Source: Chloroflexota bacterium (GTDB lineage Bacteria > Chloroflexota > UBA11872). From it: a stretch of 64,000 nucleotides of DNA. Within the stretch, counting starts at the first letter, position 1. Each line of letters begins with the position of its first letter. Positions 28,711 to 37,536 of the stretch are shown here, one piece after another. A program made the position numbers and the translations under genes. The notes under the pieces are model-generated. The model did no database searches. It saw only the letters and a program-made list of their open reading frames with translations, and had not been told where the DNA came from. Location of the stretch: NCBI GenBank assembly GCA_965262745.1, contig OZ253558.1, positions 2,015,618-2,079,617 of the forward strand. Reading direction: 5' to 3'.

Positions 28711-29468
28711 GTCAGACGACCGGGAATAGCGCCGCTGGGCCGCTCGGCCATGATGACGCGCACCGGCCACGAGAAGCGACGCACACCGGCGTCCGCGCGA
28801 GCCACGAAGGTCGTGGCTGCCGGTGGTGCTGACAGCCGACACCACAGGTCGTTGGCGAGCCGCGGGGTGCCGCCCGAGCGAGCCACCCACTGATCAACGT
28901 CCAGGGGCGAACGGCAATCCCGCTCAGCGGCGACCGTGAGCCCGGCAACGCGGAGATATCCCGCGAGCTCCGCGGCGGATAGGTTGCGCACGTGCGAAGG
29001 ATCGCGAATCGTCTCGATGTCGTTCATCTCCGCCGCCAGGCAGGGATCGTCGGGGCTTTGCGTGTCGGCGATAACCACGCGCCCGCCAGGGCGCACGACG
29101 CGAGCCATCTCGTGAATGGCGGCGAGTGGGTCGCCGAAGTGGTGCAAGGCATGGCGGCACGTGATGACGTCGTACCTGCCGCCACGAACCGGCACCTGAT
29201 CGGCGGCGGCGCGTAGCGCACGCAGCGGCGCCGGAGCGGTTGCTCGGGCATGGCGCAGCATGGGTCGTGACACGTCGAGAGCATCCACGCACGCGCCACG
29301 CTGCACCAGCGCATGCGCCGTGAAGCCAGTGCCCGTGGCGATGTCCAGCACCGAAGCGCCGGCCGATACGCCGGTCAACTCGATCACCAGCGGCAGGCTC
29401 GGCCCGGATTGGTGGCACGGCGAGACGGCATAGGCGGCCACGCGGTCGTCGAACGCGTGCTGGGTCAC
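28707..29468 (-). CDS. Class-I SAM-dependent methyltransferase
   Basis: VLDIATGTGFTAHAL motif I. GTG start chosen directly after the aminotransferase stop. The M start at 29576 would overlap it by 112 nt. Confidence 0.65.
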   Translation of the reverse strand: MTQHAFDDRVAAYAVSPCHQSGPSLPLVIELTGVSAGASVLDIATGTGFTAHALVQRGACVDALDVSRPMLRHARATAPAPLRALRAAADQVPVRGGRYDVITCRHALHHFGDPLAAIHEMARVVRPGGRVVIADTQSPDDPCLAAEMNDIETIRDPSHVRNLSAAELAGYLRVAGLTVAAERDCRSPLDVDQWVARSGGTPRLANDLWCRLSAPPAATTFVARADAGVRRFSWPVRVIMAERPSGAIPGRLT

Positions 29469-30847
29469 GCGGGCCGGTCGAACGCCTCGAGGGTCTCGGC
29501 GATGGAAGCGTCGAGGATTTCCGCCATCTCGTCGATTTCGCCATCGGTCGAGGTGAGCGGCGGGGCAAAGACCCACACATGGTCGCCGGCGCGGCCGATG
29601 AGGCCGCGAGTGCGCGCTTCGGCGCCGACGGCCCGTCCGAACGGGCGTTCGCTCGGAAAGCTGGCACGGGTGGAACGGTCGGCCACGAATTCAACGCCGA
29701 GGAGCAGGCCGTGCCCGTCAACACGCCCGACGACCTCGTAACGGTCGGCCATGTCTTCCAGGTGCCGGCGCAGGCGCTTGCTCTGACGCCGGCAATTGTC
29801 GAGCACGCCGCCGGTGGTGATCTGCCGCAGGGCGGCGAGTCCCGCGGCGCAGGAAACGGGGTTGCCGGAGTAGGTGTGGCCGGCGTTGAAGTGCACGCCC
29901 GCGTCCCGCTCGCCGAGAAACGCTTGGGCAATCTTGCCGTGAATGATCGCCGCCGCCAGCGGCGCATAGCCGCCGCTGATGCCCTTGCCCACCGTCATGA
30001 TGTCGGGATAGGTGCGGTAGACGTCCGCGCCGAAGAGCTCGCCGAGCCGGCCGAAGCCCGTGATGATCTCGTCGAAGATGAGGACCACGTTATGCCGATC
30101 GCAGATTTCGCGCAGGATCGCGAAATACTCGGGCGGCGGCACGACAAACGCTTCCGCGGACATGATGACGGGCTCGGCGATGAAGGCGGCGACCGTGTCG
30201 GGGCCCTCGTTGCGAATCACGTCATCGACGATCTCCGCGCATAGGACGCCGCAGTCGGGATAGGTGAGCTTGAAGGGGCAGTGGTAGCAGTCGGGCGGAT
30301 GGACCTTCACGAATCCCGCGGGTAGCGGCTCGTACTTGGCCTTGCGCGCCGCCCCGCCGGTTGCCGCCAGGGCCCCAAGGGTCGCCCCGTGGTAGCTGCT
30401 ATAGCGTGAGATGACCTTGAACTTGCCCGGGTTGCCGGTCTGCTTGTGGTACTGCCGAGCCATCTTGATTGCGGTCTCGTTGGCCTCGGAGCCTCCGCTG
30501 ACGAACTTGACCGTCGTGAAATCGGACGGGAAGACATCAATGAGGCGCTCGGCAAGCTCGATCGCGGGCTGGTTGGTCGCGTAGATGGGCAGGGTCAACG
30601 CGACGCGCTCGAGTTGCGCCTGCATGGCCTCGATGATGGGGCGGTTGCCATGGCCGAACTGCATCGCGGCGATGCCGGCAATACCGTCGATGTAGGACCG
30701 GCCCTGCGCGTCGGTGAGCCGCACCCCGGACCCTTCGACGATGACGAGCGGATCCTCCATGAAGGCCTGCATCTGATTGAAGTCGATCATCAGGTTGGCC
30801 AGGCCGGGATGCTGGGGACTGCTTGACCGAGAGTCGGGCTCAGGCAT
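29465..30847 (-). CDS. Class-III (omega) aminotransferase, PLP-dependent
   Basis: Class-III aminotransferase fold with a GSEANE-type segment and a conserved-lysine region TVGKGISGGYAPL. Start set at MPEPDS (30847). The 36-codon upstream extension is R/P-rich. Confidence 0.8.
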   Translation of the reverse strand: MPEPDSRSSSPQHPGLANLMIDFNQMQAFMEDPLVIVEGSGVRLTDAQGRSYIDGIAGIAAMQFGHGNRPIIEAMQAQLERVALTLPIYATNQPAIELAERLIDVFPSDFTTVKFVSGGSEANETAIKMARQYHKQTGNPGKFKVISRYSSYHGATLGALAATGGAARKAKYEPLPAGFVKVHPPDCYHCPFKLTYPDCGVLCAEIVDDVIRNEGPDTVAAFIAEPVIMSAEAFVVPPPEYFAILREICDRHNVVLIFDEIITGFGRLGELFGADVYRTYPDIMTVGKGISGGYAPLAAAIIHGKIAQAFLGERDAGVHFNAGHTYSGNPVSCAAGLAALRQITTGGVLDNCRRQSKRLRRHLEDMADRYEVVGRVDGHGLLLGVEFVADRSTRASFPSERPFGRAVGAEARTRGLIGRAGDHVWVFAPPLTSTDGEIDEMAEILDASIAETLEAFDRPA

Positions 30848-30976
30848 GGGACATATTTCGCTGCAGGTGTAACGCGGGCAGCGTACGCGCCGCCTGAAGG
30901 GTTTGTCGCGCGCCGCCGCCGCGGCAGGACGCCGAGTACGCTTGGCGGCAACCACCGTGAGATAAGCGGAGCCGCC

Positions 30977-32176
30977 ATGCCGGACACCGAACGGTTCCTG
31001 GACCTGTCGATTGACGTTGCGCGGCTCATCGCAGCAGCCGCCGAGCCTGACGTCGCCGGGTCACGCTGGCGCACGCGCACGTACTTCGGCGAGGACGCCC
31101 ATGGCACGGACGTGTTCGCGGGCTCCGCCGGTCCGGTGATTCTGCTGGCGAGCCTCTACCGCATCACGGGAGACACTCGGCATCGGGACGTGGCCGAGAG
31201 TGGGGCGCTGTGGATCGAGGCGCAGACGCGCCGCGCGCTCACGGCGCCCGACCGCGATCCGAGCCTTTATTTCGGCGTGGCGGGCGACGGCATGACCTTT
31301 CTGCACCTTTACGAGAGCACTGGTCGCGAGCGCTGGCTGAACCTGGTCGGCACGCGGGTGAAAGCGCTTCGCGGCTTCGCCTATGACGACGAGGACATCC
31401 TGGTGGGAGCGGCCGGCGCCGGGATCTTCCTGCTGCGCGCGCACCAGGTGACGGACGACGACGCCGCGCTGGACCTGGCGGTCGCGGCGGGCGAGCACCT
31501 GCTGCAGCGCGCCAGCGTCGACGACGGTGGTTGGCACTGGCCCTGGCACCGCGGATCGGGAACGTTCAATGGCGTTGGCTTCGCCCACGGAACGGCGGGC
31601 ATCGCGTACTTCCTGGCGGAACTCTCACGCTATACAAGTGACCCACGTCTGCGGGAGTCCACGCTGGGCGCCGCGCACTGGATCGACGTGGATGCCGAGA
31701 CTGGGCCGGCGTGGAGACGCTGGCCCGGCGACGAGCGGCCCGCGCGGGTGCAGTGGTGCCACGGGGCGCCGGGCATCGGTCTGTTTGCGGTCCGCGCATT
31801 TGCGGCGCTGGGGGACGACGCGCTCAAGGACCTGGCGCTGCGTGCCGCCGAAGCAACCTACGCAGCCGGAGACGCCCGGGCGAACCCCAGCCAGTGCCAC
31901 GGACTGGCCGGCAACGCCGAGCTGTTCTTGGAGCTGTGGCGGGTCCTGGGCGATGACGCGTGGCTCGGGCGAGCCGTGGAATTCGGGGAGGCGGCGGCGG
32001 CCTACCGCGAGGAGGGGCCGGACGGCGGTCGGTGGCGGGGGGACGAACCGGGCAATTACAGCCCCGACTTCATGATGGGATCGGCCGGGCTTGGGCACTT
32101 CTTCCTGCGATTGGCCCGTCCCGACGCGGTCGACATGCCCTTGATGGCGGCGCCCGTGCGAGAGGGATCCCAGTAG
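30977..32176 (+). CDS. LanC-like (lanthionine synthetase C-like) domain protein
   Basis: All three Zn-ligand motifs of the LanC (alpha/alpha)7 barrel are present in order: GFAHGTAGIAYFL, VQWCHGAPGIGLF and QCHGLAGNAELFLEL. 399 aa. Confidence 0.75.
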   Translation: MPDTERFLDLSIDVARLIAAAAEPDVAGSRWRTRTYFGEDAHGTDVFAGSAGPVILLASLYRITGDTRHRDVAESGALWIEAQTRRALTAPDRDPSLYFGVAGDGMTFLHLYESTGRERWLNLVGTRVKALRGFAYDDEDILVGAAGAGIFLLRAHQVTDDDAALDLAVAAGEHLLQRASVDDGGWHWPWHRGSGTFNGVGFAHGTAGIAYFLAELSRYTSDPRLRESTLGAAHWIDVDAETGPAWRRWPGDERPARVQWCHGAPGIGLFAVRAFAALGDDALKDLALRAAEATYAAGDARANPSQCHGLAGNAELFLELWRVLGDDAWLGRAVEFGEAAAAYREEGPDGGRWRGDEPGNYSPDFMMGSAGLGHFFLRLARPDAVDMPLMAAPVREGSQ

Positions 32177-32226
32177 TCCGCTGATCATGCGCTAGGCTGC
32201 GGCGCCGGATTCCGCGAGCCAGCCCC

Positions 32227-33375
32227 ATGCGAATCACCGACGTTCACACGATGCACTGCGGCGCGCCGGCCGCTCCCGAGGCACGGCTCGACCGGGTCTG
32301 GACGTTTGTGCGTATCGAAACCGACAGCGGACTCCACGGCGTCGGCGAGTGCAGCGTGTTCAAGCTGAACCAAGCCGTGGCGGAGGTGGTGGATCGGTTC
32401 GCCGCGTTCCTGATTGGACAGGACCCCACCCGCGTTGAGCACTTGTGGCAGCAGATGTATCGCCATCCATTCTTTCGCGGCGGTCCGATCCTGAATGCGG
32501 CGATCAGCGGAATCGACATGGCCCTATGGGACATCGCGGGCAAGGCAGCCGGGCTGCCGGTGTATCGAATGCTCGGCGGTCCGGTGCGCGATCGGATCCG
32601 CGCCTACGCGCGGGCCGACTTGGCGGGATCGCAGATCGACCAGGTGCTGGAAGCCCAGCGGCTGGGATTCACGGGGTTCAAGCTGTCGCCGCCGCACCTC
32701 GAAGGCGGCTTCAACGAATTCGCCACGGCCAAGGCTGCCGTCGAGCTGGTGGCGGCCACACGAGCCGCGGCGGGTCCGGCGCTCGACCTGATGGTGGATT
32801 TCCACGGGCGGCTCTCGCCGGCGGCGGCCGTCCGTTTTCTGGACGGCGTACGCGATCATGGCCTGCTGTTCGCGGAGGAGCTGATCCCGCCGGACAACGT
32901 GCCGGCCTATGCGCAGGTGACGGCCGCGGTGCCCGAGGTTCCCTGCGCCACCGGCGAGCGGCTGTACACGCGCTGGGGCTTCCGCGAGCTGATCGAGTCG
33001 CGCGCGGTGCACGTCATCCAGCCGGATATCTGCTACGCGGGGGGCATCTCCGAGCTGCGCCGCATCGCCGCCCACGCCGAAACGCACTACATCTCGATGG
33101 CTCCGCACAATCCCAACGGCCCCGTGGCCACGGCGGCGAACATCCACCTGGCGGCGGCGACGCCGAACTTTCTCATCCTGGAATACGCGCGCAAGCCGCC
33201 GTATTTCGAGGGCGTCCTGCAGGAGCCGCTGGCGTTTTCGGAGGGGCATTTCGCGTTGCCGGAGGCCCCTGGGCTTGGTGTCGAGTTGGACGAGGCCTAC
33301 GTCGCGGCGAACCCGCCGCATGAGCTGCAGGTTGGGTCCGACTGGTACCCCGACGGCGCGGTGGCTGACATTTAG
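32227..33375 (+). CDS. Enolase-superfamily (mandelate racemase/muconate-lactonizing enzyme-like) acid-sugar dehydratase, galactonate-dehydratase-like
   Basis: MRITDVHTMHCG...VWTFVRIETDSGLHGVGEC capping domain and a barrel region with VDFHGR and EELIPPD motifs. Confidence 0.85.
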   Translation: MRITDVHTMHCGAPAAPEARLDRVWTFVRIETDSGLHGVGECSVFKLNQAVAEVVDRFAAFLIGQDPTRVEHLWQQMYRHPFFRGGPILNAAISGIDMALWDIAGKAAGLPVYRMLGGPVRDRIRAYARADLAGSQIDQVLEAQRLGFTGFKLSPPHLEGGFNEFATAKAAVELVAATRAAAGPALDLMVDFHGRLSPAAAVRFLDGVRDHGLLFAEELIPPDNVPAYAQVTAAVPEVPCATGERLYTRWGFRELIESRAVHVIQPDICYAGGISELRRIAAHAETHYISMAPHNPNGPVATAANIHLAAATPNFLILEYARKPPYFEGVLQEPLAFSEGHFALPEAPGLGVELDEAYVAANPPHELQVGSDWYPDGAVADI

Positions 33376-34478
33376 GGCTGGCTCGGGGACTCGCTTCGAC
33401 CGTAGCCGTAGGCAGCTAGGCAGCGCTTGGCGACGGCGCTCCAGGTGAAATCGCGAATGACGCGCTCGCGGGCGCGCTGACCGCAGGCTGCGGCATGGGC
33501 GGGATCTGACGTGAACGGCAGGAGCGCCGCGCGGATGGCCTCGGAATCTCCCGGAGGCACGACGGCGCCGTAGGCCGGCTCGACGACCTCGGGAATGCCG
33601 CCGACGTCTGAGACGACCACGGCCGTGCCGCAGGCCATGGCTTCGAGCGCGGCCAGCCCGAGCAACTCGGGAAGTCGCTGGTGGTTGCCCTGGTAGTCCT
33701 CGAAGACCGAGGGCATCACCGCCACGCAGGCTCGGCTCAGCGCGCGCACGAGCTGTCGGTCGTCGGCGTCTTCGTGGAAGGTGACGGCCCGTCCCTGGGC
33801 CTCACGTCGCAGAAACGCGGCGTAGGCGGGGTCGGCGGGCCGCCCGTACACCGAGAGATGGGCGTCGTGGGGCAGCGCACGAATGGCGTGCTCGACGCCC
33901 TTGTGCGGCAGCAGGCGACCCACGAACGCGACTTCGCCGCGAGCCTTGGCCTCCAATGGCGCGAACACACGCGGGTCGACGCCGGCGTGAATAATCGTCG
34001 TGCGACGGCCGATGTAGGGCAGCGTGTCGAGCACAAACCGGCTCTGCGCCAGATGGGCGTCGACCCACCGGCCCAGACGCGCGCGGCGGATCCACCCCAC
34101 GCCGCCGCCGCCATGGTCGGTCACGAACACGCGCTTGCCGAGCGGACGCGCCAGCATGGTCGCCAGCGCCGTCAGACCGGTGCGCGCTTGGTGGCAGTGG
34201 ATCACGTCGGCCCACAAGAGGGCGGGTACGAACCCGGGTCCGATGGCGTCAGACTCTCGGCCCCTTAGGTGACGCCAGGTGCGGGAAACTTCGATGGGAA
34301 ATCCCGAGGCTTCCGCGACGGTGGGCGGTCCGCCAAAGGCGACGAGGCGGGTCGGCACGCGTTCCCGCATGGCGCGCGCCAGCTCTAGCGGATAACGCTC
34401 GCCCCCGCCAAGCACGGACGCTTCGCCGAACCACGTCGCGGAGAGGTGGAGCACACGCGGGCGGTCCCGTGCCGGCAT
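33372..34478 (-). CDS. GT4-family glycosyltransferase
   Basis: Starts ...RVLHLSATWFGEASVLGGGERYPLELARAM and has LEAMACGTAVVVSDVGGIPEVV. Start set at the M (34478) 1 nt after the upstream stop. Confidence 0.75.
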   Translation of the reverse strand: MPARDRPRVLHLSATWFGEASVLGGGERYPLELARAMRERVPTRLVAFGGPPTVAEASGFPIEVSRTWRHLRGRESDAIGPGFVPALLWADVIHCHQARTGLTALATMLARPLGKRVFVTDHGGGGVGWIRRARLGRWVDAHLAQSRFVLDTLPYIGRRTTIIHAGVDPRVFAPLEAKARGEVAFVGRLLPHKGVEHAIRALPHDAHLSVYGRPADPAYAAFLRREAQGRAVTFHEDADDRQLVRALSRACVAVMPSVFEDYQGNHQRLPELLGLAALEAMACGTAVVVSDVGGIPEVVEPAYGAVVPPGDSEAIRAALLPFTSDPAHAAACGQRARERVIRDFTWSAVAKRCLAAYGYGRSESPSQP

Positions 34479-34479
34479 G

Positions 34480-35346
34480 CTACGACGCCCCACCGCCGCC
34501 CGGCGCTTGGGCAACGATGAGATATCCGCCGGGATCGTCAACCGGACGGCGGTATGGACGCCAGAGAATGGCCGTCCACGCAGCAATCCAGGCGGCGCGC
34601 GGGACGAGTCGGCGCCGGTGCAGCGCCCGAAAAGTATCGAGGAGGCGGCGCCGACCCAGACGCCGCGTCATGAGTCCATCCAGTCGCTGCCAGGCGCGTT
34701 GCGTGCGGGCGGGCAGGTGGCCGCCGGTGGTGACGATGGCGAGGCCGCAGGCCCCAAGCATCGCGCCCCACTCGTCGAGCGAGTGGTAGTGGAAATGGCC
34801 GAGCCGGTCGTTCGTTGCGCGCAGCTCCGCCTCACCGCCGGGTCCGCCGCGAATCCGCTCGGCGAAGGCCGGCGCCGGCACGGTGATGACCAGCCGGCCG
34901 CCGGGCGCCAGGGCGCGCGCCGCCTCCCGCACGGCGGCCTGGTCGTCGGGAATGTGCTCCAGCACGCTTTGGCTAAAGACGGTGGCGTAGGCGCCCGCGG
35001 CCAGCGGCGCCCGGGTCGCGTCAGAGCGGATCACGCCGCGATAGACTCCCAAGTCACGGGCGGCGCGCGCCTCGCCGGCGAGCAATTCGAGGCCGTCGCG
35101 GGGCCAGTGTGCACGCAGTACAGCCTCGGCGACTGCGCCGCCGCCGCAGCCAAGATCGAGGACCGGCGCGCCGAACGCGACCTCACGCAACATCGCAAAC
35201 TCCGTGGCGCGCCAGAGCGCAATCGCTGGCTGATGCAGGTGCGCCTCGAGCGCCAGCCGCAAGAGCTCCCGGTCGGAGCACACCGCAAGCGCCGTGGGCA
35301 ACGGCGATGACGGACCGCCGGGCACCCTAGGAGGCCGGATCGCCAT
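34480..35346 (-). CDS. Class-I SAM-dependent methyltransferase (Methyltransf_11/25-like)
   Basis: VLDLGCGGGAVAEAVL motif I. The ORF-track N-terminal 79 aa are R/S-rich with no structure, so start set at MAIRPP (35346). Confidence 0.6.
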   Translation of the reverse strand: MAIRPPRVPGGPSSPLPTALAVCSDRELLRLALEAHLHQPAIALWRATEFAMLREVAFGAPVLDLGCGGGAVAEAVLRAHWPRDGLELLAGEARAARDLGVYRGVIRSDATRAPLAAGAYATVFSQSVLEHIPDDQAAVREAARALAPGGRLVITVPAPAFAERIRGGPGGEAELRATNDRLGHFHYHSLDEWGAMLGACGLAIVTTGGHLPARTQRAWQRLDGLMTRRLGRRRLLDTFRALHRRRLVPRAAWIAAWTAILWRPYRRPVDDPGGYLIVAQAPGGGGAS

Positions 35347-36421
35347 GCGCTCGCGCGACGAGCTGCGCCATGCGCACCGCGTAGGTGTGGTCGCGCAAGA
35401 CACGCTGGCGGCCCGCTTCGGCCAGGCGCGCGCGAGCCGCGTCATCGCCCGCGTAGCGGTGGAGGACCTCCGCCAGATCGTCGGGGCCTTCGTAGATGGC
35501 AACCTCGCGTCCGATCTCGAGCAGCTCGCCGAGCCGAGCCTTCGAATCGCAGAGCTGAAAGGCGCCAGCGGCGGGAATCTCAAACGTGCGCATGTTCACG
35601 CCTTCGCGCATCTGCGCATGGTGGGCGTTCAGCGCGATCTTGGCGCGGCGATAGGTGCGCGCGACGGCGTCGGCGGGCAGCAGCGTCAGGCCTTGGTGCT
35701 GCTGCCGCACCGGTGAGTCGGCGTCGAGCGTCTCCCACCCCCGGCCCCAAACGGCCACGCGGAGACCGCTGCGCGCCGCGGCCTCGACCAGATCCACACG
35801 CAGGCGGGTGGATGGCAGATGCCCCATGTTGTGCCGCGCATCGCCCACAAAGACCACGTCCCACTCAGACGGCACATCCGCTTCGCCGGCCGGGGGCCCC
35901 CAGGTTTCAGGATCCGCCGCATGGGTCAAGAATTCCGCCCCCACGCCGCGCCGGGCGAGGTCGGCCGCGTAGGACGGATCGGCGAGGAAGAAACGGTCGT
36001 AGAGATGGGCGGCGGCGATGATGTGGGGAAACCATGAGGGATCGTCCCCACACCATTGCACGACGGGGCCGGCCGTGAGGTCCCGCAGTCGCTCAACGGT
36101 TTCCGGCAGCAGCACCTCGCCCTTGAGGACGACGGTTAGGTCGGGGCGCTGGCGGCGGGCGGCGTCCAGCACGCGCAGGTTGTCACGGCGCATGGCCTCA
36201 AGCACGCGTCCGATGTGAAACCGATGCGGTCCCGAGAGCCGGCGGCGCAGGCGTCCCCTGAGACCAACCGGACGCGCCAGGTCACGGCCATAGAGCACCG
36301 AGACCACCTGGTGACCTCCGGCGGCCAGCCCCGCCGCGCAATAGGCGGTCCACTGGCCGGTGTCCCACTCAGGGCCGATCAGCAGGACGCGCATGCCCGC
36401 TCCAAGGATTGCCAGACGCAC
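35327..36421 (-). CDS. CgeB-family glycosyltransferase (Glyco_trans_1_2-like)
   Basis: C-terminal NMRTFEIPAAGAFQLCD...EVAIYEGPDDLAEVLHRYAGDDAARARLAEAGRQRVLRDHTYAVRMAQL matches the CgeB/YkvP C-terminal signature. Alternative start MRVLLIGPE at 36394. Confidence 0.6.
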   Translation of the reverse strand: MRLAILGAGMRVLLIGPEWDTGQWTAYCAAGLAAGGHQVVSVLYGRDLARPVGLRGRLRRRLSGPHRFHIGRVLEAMRRDNLRVLDAARRQRPDLTVVLKGEVLLPETVERLRDLTAGPVVQWCGDDPSWFPHIIAAAHLYDRFFLADPSYAADLARRGVGAEFLTHAADPETWGPPAGEADVPSEWDVVFVGDARHNMGHLPSTRLRVDLVEAAARSGLRVAVWGRGWETLDADSPVRQQHQGLTLLPADAVARTYRRAKIALNAHHAQMREGVNMRTFEIPAAGAFQLCDSKARLGELLEIGREVAIYEGPDDLAEVLHRYAGDDAARARLAEAGRQRVLRDHTYAVRMAQLVARAHGDPAS

Positions 36422-37536
36422 CGCGCCGTGCGGGTCCAGGTGAACTCCGCCGCCCGCGCAAGACCACGCGCCCGCAGGTCCTCGTGTAGTCGCTCATCGG
36501 TGGTGATGTGCAGCAGGGCCTCAGCGATTTCGTCATGGTTCCGGGGATCAACGCGAATGCCGGCATCGCCGGCGGCGTTGGCCAGCCCGCCCTCACGCGC
36601 GGCAACCACCGGCACGCCTGAGGCCATGGCCTCCAGCACCGGCATGCCGAATCCCTCATCGATCGCGACGCTCACGAAGGCCGAGGCCCCCGCAAGCAGC
36701 GGCGGCAGGTCCTCGGGATCGACGGCGCCCGTGAGTTGAATCCCCTCACTGCTCAGGCCCTTGAGTTCCGCCGCGACATCCGCGTAGCGCCAGCCGGGAG
36801 CACCCGCCAGCACGAGCGTGTGTGAGAGACCCCGCTGCCGCGCCACGGCATATGCCCGAGCCAGCGTGCCCAGGTTCTTGCGCGGCTGAAGCGTGCCCAG
36901 GAACAGCACGTACGGCGCCTTGATTCGCAGACGGCCCAGCGTTGCGGCAACGGACGCAGGATCAGCACCCGCCTGAAAGCGGTGCGGGTCAACGCCAAGC
37001 GGTATCACGTCCAGCCGCTCCGGCGGATAGCCGTAGATCCGCACGACCTCATCCCGCACCCACTCGGAGATCACCAGCAGGCGGCCGGCGCGATGGACAT
37101 TGGTAGCCGTCCAGATATCAAGATAGGCCCGGGTTTGCGGCTCATAGAATGCCCCGGCACCCGGCCGCATGAATGCCACGTCGTAGACCATAGCGACGTG
37201 GGGAGGCCCGGACTTGAACGGTGCGGGTTCGTGGGCGCTCTGCAGGTACACATCGGCGGCGCGCCACGCTCTGGCCAGAGGCACGCGGGCACGGTACCAA
37301 GGGTCGCCGCCAAACGCTTGGGTCAAGAGCCGATTACCGAACCTGAAGGGCGGCAGTACGCGAATCGCGGCATTCGCTCCCTCGAAGCCCGGGAAGCGCG
37401 ACGGGGCGTCCATGAGCAGGTCGAGTTCGTGAGGCGCCGCGGTGGCCACGAGGGCACGTGAAAGGCTGCGCATGCTTTCGCCATGCCCGTCCGGGATCAT
37501 GAGGTTGGCGTTGCGGAGATTGACGGCGGCGCGCAT
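36379..37536 (-). CDS. GT4-family glycosyltransferase
   Basis: LEAMASGVPVVAAREGGLANAAGDAGIRVDP and PYVLFLGTLQPRKN motifs. ATGA overlap with the upstream Wzx stop at 37534-37538. The 167-aa upstream extension is R/P/G-rich noise. Confidence 0.75.
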   Translation of the reverse strand: MRAAVNLRNANLMIPDGHGESMRSLSRALVATAAPHELDLLMDAPSRFPGFEGANAAIRVLPPFRFGNRLLTQAFGGDPWYRARVPLARAWRAADVYLQSAHEPAPFKSGPPHVAMVYDVAFMRPGAGAFYEPQTRAYLDIWTATNVHRAGRLLVISEWVRDEVVRIYGYPPERLDVIPLGVDPHRFQAGADPASVAATLGRLRIKAPYVLFLGTLQPRKNLGTLARAYAVARQRGLSHTLVLAGAPGWRYADVAAELKGLSSEGIQLTGAVDPEDLPPLLAGASAFVSVAIDEGFGMPVLEAMASGVPVVAAREGGLANAAGDAGIRVDPRNHDEIAEALLHITTDERLHEDLRARGLARAAEFTWTRTARCVWQSLERACASC

